A stretch of 64,000 nt of DNA, taken from positions 1-64,000 of the forward strand of contig CBFFRP010000185.1 of assembly GCA_965644295.1 (NCBI GenBank). Reading direction: 5' to 3'. Positions 1-9,100 of the stretch are shown here, in pieces. How positions within the stretch are numbered: position 1 is the first letter of the stretch; each line of letters starts with the position of its first letter. The position numbers and the translations under genes were made by a program. The notes beneath the pieces were generated by a model. It had not been told where the DNA came from and ran no database searches. It saw only the letters and a program-made list of their open reading frames with translations. The DNA comes from Paraphysomonas bandaiensis (lineage: Eukaryota; Protista; Chrysophyceae).

Positions 1-133
1 TGCAAGTTTGTTATATCAGTGTCATTATTAGTAATCTGAGTTTGCAAGTTTGTTATGTCTGTATCGTTATTAGTAATCTGAGTTTGTATGTTTGTTATAT
101 CTGTGTCATTATTAGTAATCTGAGTTTGCAATG
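1..133 (-). repeat. 42-bp coding tandem repeat (LQTQITNNDTDITN), at least 3 units
   Basis: Variants of tgcaagtttgttatatcagtgtcattattagtaatctgagtt recur at 1, 43 and 85, differing mostly at synonymous sites. Confidence 0.9.
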
Positions 134-461
134 CTGTTAATGTATTTAATTGTGATTGTATAGTTTCATTGGTATTTATACCGTCTAATGTTTGTATTTC
201 ATTTTCAGTCAGGTTTAATAATCTTGTATTTATATCTAATAACATATTGTTTTTTGAATCTGTGAAAGCAACTGTTTGGGGTTCATTGTTTATGGTTAAG
301 TTATTACCATTCAAGATTTCAACGTTCGCTGTAAATTTAGCATTGTCTAATCTTGCATATTCCGCCATATTTAATATTACTCTTGCTGTTTCAATCTGTT
401 TATGATTTTCTGCATTGAAAATGGCATTATTGCTTGTTTTGGGCTTTGTATAAATTGACAT
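1..461 (-). CDS. Viral fibre/coiled-coil shaft-like protein (runs off the left edge); probable endogenous virophage/PLV gene
   Basis: Not in the ORF track because it has no stop in the window. My translation from the ATG at 461: MSIYTKPKTSNNAIFNAENHKQ...LQTQITNNDTDITNIQTQITNNDTDITNLQTQITNNDTDITNL. It has 14-aa (42-bp) heptad repeats, very AT-rich codons, no intron, and TATATAG just upstream of the ATG. Confidence 0.7.
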   Translation of the reverse strand, partial: MSIYTKPKTSNNAIFNAENHKQIETARVILNMAEYARLDNAKFTANVEILNGNNLTINNEPQTVAFTDSKNNMLLDINTRLLNLTENEIQTLDGINTNETIQSQLNTLTALQTQITNNDTDITNIQTQITNNDTDITNLQTQITNNDTDITNL

Positions 462-600
462 CTATATATAATATAGCATTACATTATTATATTCTATATT
501 TAAATTAGAATTCAAGGTTTTATGAGTTTTTGCTTAAAGCTTCGCCATTATATCACTACAACTACATTCCAGAGCTTTAAGCATTGCCATTATACATTAT

Positions 601-780
601 TATAAAAAAGTCATATAGATAACAAAGTAGATTTAATAAGTAGTTTTTATGGTAGAATCCCGGGGTTTTACAACCTTTACAAATTTAAATTATTTTTCAT
701 TTTAATTTTTCCCTCCCCCTATATCTACTATTAAATCTACTTATTAAATCTACTTTACTATCTATATTACTTTTTATTAT
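601..780. repeat. Imperfect ~43-bp inverted repeat (601-643 / 738-780)
   Basis: tataaaaaagtcatatagataacaaagtagatttaataagtag pairs with ctacttattaaatctactttactatctatattacttttttatt, with a perfect 20-bp core. Confidence 0.85.
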
Positions 781-783
781 AAC

Positions 784-930
784 AATATAAATAATATATA
801 AAGTAATTAATTTTATTTAAGAATATAAATAATATATAAAGTAATTAATTTTATTTAAGAATATAAATAATATATAAAGTAATTAAAAGTTATTAATAAT
901 ATATAAAGTAATTAAAAATATATAAAGTTA
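784..930. repeat. AT-rich 38-bp tandem repeat plus shorter derivatives
   Basis: aatataaataatatataaagtaattaattttatttaag at 784 and 822, a partial copy at 860, then further aatatataaagt cores. Confidence 0.9.
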
Positions 931-947
931 AATTAGCAAAGAGAAGG

Positions 948-977
948 AATTACAACTGCAAGCTTGCAGTTGTAATT
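948..977. repeat. Perfect 30-bp palindrome
   Basis: aattacaactgcaag|cttgcagttgtaatt. Confidence 0.95.
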
Positions 978-2137
978 GGAAACACTCGAAGAGAAGAGCC
1001 CCTTGAGGGGTTGGGGTAGAAAAAGGCTTGTCCTTGTCCCGCCTCCCTCGTTTTTTTTTCATGATGAATTGTGTTGTTGAACAATAATAGCTAATGTAAG
1101 AGCAATTTCATTAGTCGCTCCTGAAGATGTGAAAGAAATACGTCGCAATATAGAGACTCAATAGTTTGATGTTTGATGTTGGTTGTTGGCTAGGCTCTCT
1201 TTTTCTTCTGACCGGCTGGGTGAGAGGTGTCACCATGACTGAGTCACAATGGTTAAACATTATACGATTACTTTTTAGTTCATAAGTATTCGCTTGTGAA
1301 TCTATTGGTCCTACAGAACTTTTCTCCAATGTAGGAGAAAATATCCTATACGATAGTCCATAGTCCACAGTAAACGACGCATAGATATTACGCAAGAGAC
1401 TTCTGGAGTATAGACTTATGTAATACTTGCAGACCCATAAAAATTCAGCTGTATTCGTACAACACATACATTGCAAGCAAGAATTGACGGATGATTGTTA
1501 TCATACATATTTGACACGCTACTGAGGGAATAATGCCAGCAGTGGTTTATTATTAATATGAAGCTATCTATGATGACTGCATAGAGGGGATTTTAACAGC
1601 TACTCAATGGTTAAATAAGTTTGCAAACATATGACACTCATGTTTTCTTATATGCAGAAAAAATATTTCTTATTTACAGTGCTATAGCTCATGCTTTTAA
1701 TGGTCAAGCTGTAAAGTTTCTGCACCATGAGGTTGTAATTTAATTTATTGAGCGTAAAGTGAAAACATGTCAGTTTTACTCAGCTATACTAGCGTCTGAG
1801 ACTATCTTGTGTACGCTGGAAAATTTAACTCTGAGGAATGTTTACTCTCCCCCAAGAGCACCTGCAGACACCATATTGAAGTCTTAGATTTATTGCATTT
1901 GAAAATCATATGTCAACCTGCCAACCCCATCTATATATGTAATTGGATAGAGTAGATATAAATATAAGGTCCCAATAGTAACACATCTCTGTATGTACAT
2001 ATCTCAGTCAGAGCAAATACAAAGAAATATATACAATGTAGGTGATAAACATAAAATTGAGTCGTTCATGACATATCTCTACAATGAAATCCTCTTCACA
2101 TGAATTCGACAGCAATCCAAGTCATCCGTATATGGTA

Positions 2138-2326
2138 CTGTACGTTTCTGTCAACTTTTATCCACGCACTCGTTTTTCCACAAAAACACTCTCTCCACAC
2201 CCATTCCGACGACTCTCCAATTCTGACACGAGCATTCCACAAGCATTCCATTCTACCCCTGGTGGACTCAAATTATACCCACAACTCCATTACACTGTAC
2301 AATATGTAACAATATGGCTGCAGCTC
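2138..2326 (+). repeat. Left TIR (189 bp), includes ATGGCTGCAGCTC, the start of ORF2
   Basis: Reverse complement of 5333-5521 with 2 mismatches seen by eye. Confidence 0.95.
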
Positions 2327-3855
2327 ATCACCACGATGGTGGCGATATATTCGTGTTTGCTCCTTCCGAGAATTTGGTGGCCGCTCACCTCCCATCACTC
2401 CGCGATGTTGTTCCAGAACACACCGTACTTCACGGTGGGCAGGAAAGGTTCAAATCGAACACAAGAAATCCACCACAAGATGGTGTGAGGTGTCCTGGGT
2501 GTCTTCATCATTATACCATCTGGAAGGGGTTCCTGAAACACGTGCGCGCAAAGAAAGATGTTCGACGGCTACCAATAACAAATGACGAAGAAAGGGACGA
2601 CGTGTTCTACTGCAAAGCCGCAGAGATGAAAAAAGCAAGTAAAGATGATCGCTTGGAGTGCACTCGTTGTCCTGTGTGCATGTCGAGTGCGGAGTTGCAA
2701 GCAGCATTAAGGCACGACTGCCCCATCAGCAACGCCACCACATTCATACCTCCAATGGGCAGGTGCAAGGGTTGTGATTTAATTGTTAAAGTGAAGTGTA
2801 GCTGTCCCGTATGCAATGTGGCGCCCCATAGTGTTGAGTTTAGGATTCAGCCTGATCCGTGGTCGGATTGTCCCTACCCTAAGTATCCACAGCATGCTGA
2901 AGTCATCTCGGAGTACGATAAGAAGCGGCGACAGATTTACATGAATGCACTGGCCGAGCAGACTCGAATGAACAGCACTAGAGCGTCTTTTGAGGTCAAT
3001 AACTTTGCTCTAATTCATTTGAATAAACTCCTGCAAGAGCCGGATGGATACATTGTGCTGTCAGAGTTGGAGCGCCAAGCACCTGGATTTCTTGAGCGTT
3101 GCGGGGCATCAGATGCAGTTATGTCCAGAGTTCGGGAAGAACACCAGAAAGACCAGACGGACCAACGATCTTTTTTACTTCATCCCCATGCCACCTACCG
3201 ATTAGTTGAAACCATGAAGAATCTTGAGGCGGCCATTGATATGGATGTTCCGATTAAGTCTTTGATTGCAACCATTTCCCGACATAATGCTGTGCGCCTA
3301 TTAACAGAGGAGCAACGAAAGGCACTGGACGATGCATCTGCGCGCGCGGTTGCTTCGGCTCCACCGGAATATGTGGAGGGAGTTACAGACATTCCTAATG
3401 CAGACGATGGGTTGGCTGCCAAAAGACGCCGCATGGAGGAGAACGGTTGTGCTCCAACCAGTGCCCCTGAGCTGAGTGCAGTTGAACTCCAGGCCCGTGA
3501 GGAGACTGTGACTTTCCTGACATTCTTCAGACAACAGTTGTACGCTCACTTTGTTGCTTTAAATATAGGAAGAGAGGCCCAGGTGTTATATGAGGACTGC
3601 AAAGAAACAATCGCACGGCTCCTCACCATCAGTGTCTCAGAAAACAAGCGGCTTGCGGACAGAATTTTTTCCCTGCTACATCCAGTGTCGGCTCCACTGT
3701 CGCCAAATAACGCGTACAGTCACGATACAGAGATGGACTTGAAAGGTTGTGTGGCTGCTGTCAATGCGGTGGTGGTTGTGTTGAGGCCTGATTTAGTTCA
3801 TGATTTGAATGAGCTGAAGCTGGAGCCCACTTCAGATGGCACTTTCCCGGAGTAG
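2314..3855 (+). CDS. Transposon-borne hypothetical protein (513 aa): Cys/His-rich putative Zn-binding N-half, helical C-half, NLS-like AKRRR
   Basis: Long intact intronless ORF inside the TIRs. Motifs: CPGC-x12-H, CTRCPVC, CKGC...CSCPVC...H. Confidence 0.8.
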   Translation: MAAAHHHDGGDIFVFAPSENLVAAHLPSLRDVVPEHTVLHGGQERFKSNTRNPPQDGVRCPGCLHHYTIWKGFLKHVRAKKDVRRLPITNDEERDDVFYCKAAEMKKASKDDRLECTRCPVCMSSAELQAALRHDCPISNATTFIPPMGRCKGCDLIVKVKCSCPVCNVAPHSVEFRIQPDPWSDCPYPKYPQHAEVISEYDKKRRQIYMNALAEQTRMNSTRASFEVNNFALIHLNKLLQEPDGYIVLSELERQAPGFLERCGASDAVMSRVREEHQKDQTDQRSFLLHPHATYRLVETMKNLEAAIDMDVPIKSLIATISRHNAVRLLTEEQRKALDDASARAVASAPPEYVEGVTDIPNADDGLAAKRRRMEENGCAPTSAPELSAVELQAREETVTFLTFFRQQLYAHFVALNIGREAQVLYEDCKETIARLLTISVSENKRLADRIFSLLHPVSAPLSPNNAYSHDTEMDLKGCVAAVNAVVVVLRPDLVHDLNELKLEPTSDGTFPE

Positions 3856-4388
3856 ACCCTTAGCATTGTGTCTTTTCTTTTTATAAATTAGTTTGTTTTC
3901 ATATTATAGCCTGCTGATTCCAGATATAGCCTTTTATTATTATTGCTTTTCGCTGTTATTATTATTCAATCGTTGTCAAGAAGTTTTATATAAATTTTAT
4001 TATTGTTAATTAATGTATTAAGTATTAATCATATTATGTCATCACTAGAACTGTGTAATAATCACACATTCACCCAAATTTTTAATGGGCTCATTTTGAG
4101 CCCAAATTACACAAGCTTACTCTCATCACTATTGCCGTGAGCACTACGCTTTCAATTTCGTATGAAACTAGTAACATATCATATAATTACAATGTGAAAA
4201 GTGAAAAGCATTCCACCGACATATAGCTAATAATATTTTAAACAGATTAATATCATTTGCAAGGTATTGCAATATACTGTTCCAAATTACTTAAGAATAA
4301 TAATTTAGAATAGTTAAGAATAAATAACCAGATTAATAAATACTAAGTGCAGCGCAGTCACAACGTGCACTACAACCACATAGCACCC

Positions 4389-5345
4389 CTATGATTGTTC
4401 ACCGCGGTAAGGTGTGTACGGATACGTCGGGACATAAAAGTGTGCAGCAGCCATATACTGTTTGACGTCAAACCTACTAATTGTATCCAAAGCCGTCCTT
4501 AACCAAAACTTTAATGAATTGGGCGTGACTTGTGGACTATGCTCTTGAAGAAACTTGTCCACATAACTGAATACCCATTCCACTGGTGCAAAGGTAGGGG
4601 ACGAAGCAGGACGAAACACAACATAATGTCCAGCATCCGTTAGAGCTTTGACCACAACTCCAAAATGAGCACTCAAGCGATCCATTGTAATGACACGTCT
4701 CCCAGTACCCTCAAGACTGGGAATTAACAGGTACACAACAAAGTGGTAGAATACCTCCGAAGTTGTGCCATGTGGATAAAATATGTTGTTGATCACACCT
4801 TTGCGAGCGTCGATAGCAACTAGCAATGAGTAGTGGGGCAGCATGCGGGCTTTGTTTCCAATAGAACTGCTTGAGGTGCTCCCAAGAGAGTGACCACAGA
4901 CACGCCGTGAATTGGAAACGTAAAAGCCGCTTTCGTCTAGGTCCACAATGTCCCGATAATAAACCCCAAGCACACCCGGTCGCAGTGAATGATCAGGCGG
5001 ATTGACCCAAAATGCCACTCTATCATTCTCGTCAAGATACTTGGCGATGTACTTCATATGCTTTTTCTTGAAACCAAGTCGGAGGAGTGCTCTGCACACT
5101 GTGGATCGGCTCACAGTCACGTTGCAAACAATTCTCAGAAACTCTGCGCATTCAAGCAGAGTGGTATCCTTAAAACAACATTTGTACCAAAACAATACTG
5201 TATATTGATGCCTAGACAAACCATGTTGTGATATTCCTTCCTCTGCCTCAACAGGCTCATGCTCAACAAGTCTGTGATCAATTCGAAACACCGGATGATC
5301 ATAAATGAAGTCTTCAGAAAGATCCAATACAGGAGCTGCAGCCAT
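4389..5345 (-). CDS. IS630/Tc1/mariner-type DDE transposase (DD33E), 318 aa
   Basis: HTH-like segment (TTLLECAEFL...VSRSTVCRALLRLGFKKK) and catalytic triad in DLDESGF, ITMDRLSAH and SSPTFAPVEWVFS, with 33 residues between the second D and the E. Confidence 0.92.
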   Translation of the reverse strand: MAAAPVLDLSEDFIYDHPVFRIDHRLVEHEPVEAEEGISQHGLSRHQYTVLFWYKCCFKDTTLLECAEFLRIVCNVTVSRSTVCRALLRLGFKKKHMKYIAKYLDENDRVAFWVNPPDHSLRPGVLGVYYRDIVDLDESGFYVSNSRRVCGHSLGSTSSSSIGNKARMLPHYSLLVAIDARKGVINNIFYPHGTTSEVFYHFVVYLLIPSLEGTGRRVITMDRLSAHFGVVVKALTDAGHYVVFRPASSPTFAPVEWVFSYVDKFLQEHSPQVTPNSLKFWLRTALDTISRFDVKQYMAAAHFYVPTYPYTPYRGEQS

Positions 5346-5521
5346 ATTGTTACATATCGTACAGTGTAATGGAGTTGTGGGTATAATTTGAGTCCACCAG
5401 GGGTAGAATGGAATGCTTGTGGAATGCTCGTGTCAGAATTGGAGAGTCGTCGGGATGGGTGTGGAGAGAGTGTTTTTGTGGAAAAACGAGTGCGTGGATA
5501 AAAGTTGACAGAAACGTACAG
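5333..5521 (-). repeat. Right TIR (189 bp), includes the transposase start codon
   Basis: Reverse complement of 2138-2326. Confidence 0.95.
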
Positions 5522-5634
5522 TATATGTATATCATCTGAATGCTGCCTGCACACCAGATAGATTGGATATCATCCTAGAGAATACCTAGAATACTGGAGT
5601 ACGGAGTACGGAATACCGGAATACACTGTATGTG

Positions 5635-5721
5635 CACCAGAACATGGTACACCGGTACACCAGAACATGGTACACCGGTACACCAGAACATGGTACACCG
5701 GTACACCAGAACATGGTACAC
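5635..5721. repeat. 23-bp minisatellite (caccagaacatggtacaccggta), about 3.8 units
   Basis: Perfect tandem copies, preceded by degenerate ggagtac/ggaatac repeats. Confidence 0.95.
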
Positions 5722-6129
5722 TTACAAATACTGGGATACTGCACAGTCAGCACAGCGGAGTACAACAACACCAATCCAGCACGTACAACAGCGTATCATG
5801 ATATCAAAAACAGCAGACAAACTGGAATCGAATCACAGGACATGTTTGTCATGGATACCTTCATTGGTTTTTACTCTTATACTCACCATCGTGAAGGCAT
5901 ATCATTGCCATAAATAGACTATTTGACATGTACTATTTTCTGTTGTTGAGATAGGCTTTATTATTTCTATACCGCTAGATATATCCATCGTATAGGTCCA
6001 ACATGCAACCGATTTCAGTGTCTCCGAGAATGGACTTGCATGTTACGGAGAATCCGAGCAGGTATTTGAATCTATTGGCATATGAAACTTTCCTGACTCT
6101 TCTACGACCACTACAGATACATAAGCAGA

Positions 6130-9100
6130 ATGAAATATACTGCAATAAGAAGCGACTGCGACATGATATACTCGAAGAGAGGCGGAGTACGCGAAATACG
6201 AACCGGTGATTGGATTGTAGTCGACGAACAAGGCCGTATTCTGATATACAGTGAAAGTTCATTCGGTTCAATATTTATAGAAGAGAAGTCGAGTGAAGGA
6301 AGTCGAAGTGTTCCTCTGTACATGAAGAGAGAAGTCGTTCTCGTCAAACACTCACTCAGTAAGTTCACAGCCTTCTGCGACACCGTCTATACGTGTGGAA
6401 ATACAGGAGACTACCTGGTTCAGGACTCACTATATCCGTATCATCAGTGGGTTCAGTCGCATAAGGATTTCATGGTTTATTACACTCCTTACGTGGAGGA
6501 GCATGGACCACGGCGAGGGTTTTCGTTCTCTGCTGAGGATGCACTGAGAGGAGGGGTCAGAAGTAGTGTATGGGGCCCCGTGAGTCTTGACTCGAAGCCG
6601 TCTCCTAGTGATGATGAGTTTAAGAGTGACACCTCACTATCAAGCCCTTCTCAGCGGCGCGTGTGTATGACTCTGACGGAGAAGAATGCAGAGAGGTACA
6701 GACAGAAGAAGGGAAGCCTTGCTGTTACACTGCAGGAGGACTGCACCTTATGGAAGCGCCATAGTGGGGAAGGTGGACGATGCGCAGGGAGAGCAGGGGA
6801 TATTGCCGTCTTTCATTTGTCTGGAGATTTTGAGGGAATGTTTTCTCCGAGTGAATTTGCTATGCATTTCAGGCACGAGACAGTGGATGTGCAGATCACT
6901 TGTGAGTTTCAAGGCGGTGAGAGCTATGATAATCCAGACTCAAGTACCTACCGTTTTGTGACACGCCAATATGATGTGCTAGCAATGAAAATGACTCAGC
7001 CATTTGTTGCACATTGTAATGGACTTCTGCAGTATGGTTATGAGTGCGATTTCCTTCTACAGCCATACGTCCCTTGTGATAGGATTCGAACGCAAAGTTG
7101 CCACTCTGCCATTGACATTGAAAGCTGCAATGATAGTACTTGTAAGAGTGATGAATCAGAAGTGGAAGGAACTGACATAAGTATACACTCTGACTTACAT
7201 TCTGAAGGACAAGAAACTGGTACTCATTTGTCCGATTGTCAGTGGGTGGTGTCCGCATTGCAGTTCCAAGAGCAGTATCTTGCACTCCGCCAGACGGCAG
7301 AAGAGAAGCACTTGGTGTACCTAAGCGAAGTGTGCGATAGCACACCGATTGAGGTCATGCATTCGGATTCGGACTTAAACATTGGCTCGAGGAGCAGAGA
7401 GAGTAGTATACGGAGCACTGATAACACGGGGTGTGCCAGTGAAGATTACGTGTGTCCGTTCAAGGTGTACTCCTCTAAAACGCTTTGCTGGACAGGTGAA
7501 ATACTGAAGCGATCGAAGCTTTTGAGGCAATGGCAAAAAAAGACATGCGAATTGTATCCAGACAAATTAGTGCTCTGTGCAGACTCAGCAGTGCCGACTT
7601 CACTCCAGAAGTCAAAATCCACTGGAGCACTTACGACTCCTCTGAAACGCAGTACAACTGCGACGGAGAAAAGCGATTTCATTTTGCTTCAGTATGTAAC
7701 TGTTCACACGACCGTAATTGATGGAAACCCTGCGATTTACCTTGGTAACGCGCGATTAAACAGTGATGAAGGAAGCAAACCTCTGAGTCTTGAGCCTTAC
7801 TACGTAACAGTATCGCAAAAGCGATGGGAAAGTAGATACTCCAAGTGGTTCAAAGGTGGAGGTAGTTCTAACTCTACATCAATATCAACAAGTGAGCAGA
7901 GCAGCATGGATGATTCGTGCACCCGTATCTCTTTGTCGAATGCAAACGGAATATTTCTCATGGTTACGGACAAAATGACTCACAATCTTCTATGTAGGTT
8001 GTTAGACGAATGTGTGTTGCACTGCAGACGACACATGGCATTTGAGGCTGCCAGTAAGGGGGACCCTGGGCGGGTTCTTGAAGTACTGTCGTCTGTAGCA
8101 CCGGAGCAAGCGATGCGGATTTTGAACAGCCCCAAGGATATTTACTCAGGGCGATTGTTGCAACACGAGGCAGCAGTTATATCTGCGGATCTGCTAAAGG
8201 AAATTTTTCAAATAGGTGATGACGCCTTATGTGTCCCGACAACGAACAGTTTTTGCACGCTGCGGACTTGCAGTAACTCTGACCGACAGAGAGAAGTTAG
8301 CATCGACACTCAATCGGGATCAGAGTTTATGACTTTAGATTTTGCAGCTACGTGCACTCTTGGCATGAACTGTCTTCATTATGCCGTCCAGGCCGATAAT
8401 TTGGAAGCACTCAAGTATTTGCTGGATAATTCGCGATTCGGTATCGACGTCAACTCACGTTCGCTGTCGGGACAAACCCCTTTGCATTGCGCCAAGTCAA
8501 GTAGTGCTACAAGTCTTTTACTTCAGCATGATGCTGATCCTGAGGCTGCAGATAATGAAGGAAATACTCCATTAATGCTAATGGCATCGAGGGGATCCAG
8601 CGCTGCTATCACTCGCCTTGTGAGGGATGCACCACGAGATAGCATTGATCTTAATGCTCAAAGCTGGAAGACTGGTTCAACCGCGCTAGGGCTTTCTCTG
8701 TATCGTTTATCTGGACCGTTGTCGAATTATTCTGAATCAGCTTTGTTGGTTGAGCTTCTATTGCACTATGGTGCTGACCCTAACATGAGTGATGTACAGA
8801 ATAACTCTTGTCTTCATGCGGCGTGTAGTATCTATCGAGCCGCCTGTAGTGACTCATCTACTGATTTAAGCCGGCGTCGGTCAACTCAAATACAGATAGA
8901 GACATGCGCCAAAATTATTAAAATCCTTGTTGATTATGGTTGTGATAAAATGGCGCTTAATAACAAAGGCCAGATCCCACTGAGTATTGTGTGCCAAGCC
9001 AAGAACTACGTAGTTGATACGGTTCCGGTATCCAATATTATTGACCCGTTAGTTTTCTCGAAGCAGTCAGTGACGAGGATTGGAGGGGATTCCGAAGGTA

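Larger units (their letters stand above)
1..1060. mobile_element. Terminal part of a putative endogenous virophage/Polinton-like virus
   Basis: Strongly AT-rich compared with host genes, carries the fibre-like ORF, and ends in a structured non-coding segment (inverted repeat, tandem repeats, perfect palindrome) before host-like composition. No capsid, ATPase or integrase gene is visible in the window. Confidence 0.5.
2138..5521. mobile_element. Intact two-gene IS630/Tc1/mariner-superfamily DNA transposon, 3,384 bp
   Basis: TA|CTGTACGTTTCTG...CAGAAACGTACAG|TA, with TA at 2136-2137 and 5522-5523, 189-bp TIRs, a DDE transposase and a second ORF. Confidence 0.93.

Noticed and set aside
1111-1900. 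121-aa ORF and a possible LINE endonuclease trace (NVYSPP near 1840)
   Set aside because: A single short motif amid stops; not enough to call.
2084-2488. ORFs 2084-2488, 2100-2309, 5135-5554 and 5350-5535 with matching peptides
   Set aside because: By-products of translating the two TIRs; they cross the element boundaries.
2314-3855. ORF2 as a Fanzor/TnpB RNA-guided nuclease
   Set aside because: No RuvC I/II/III motifs or C-terminal Zn ribbon in the expected order; the Cys clusters are N-terminal.
5630-5917. CRISPR-like array or repeat proteins
   Set aside because: Contiguous 23-bp tandem units without spacers; the ORFs are repeat translations.
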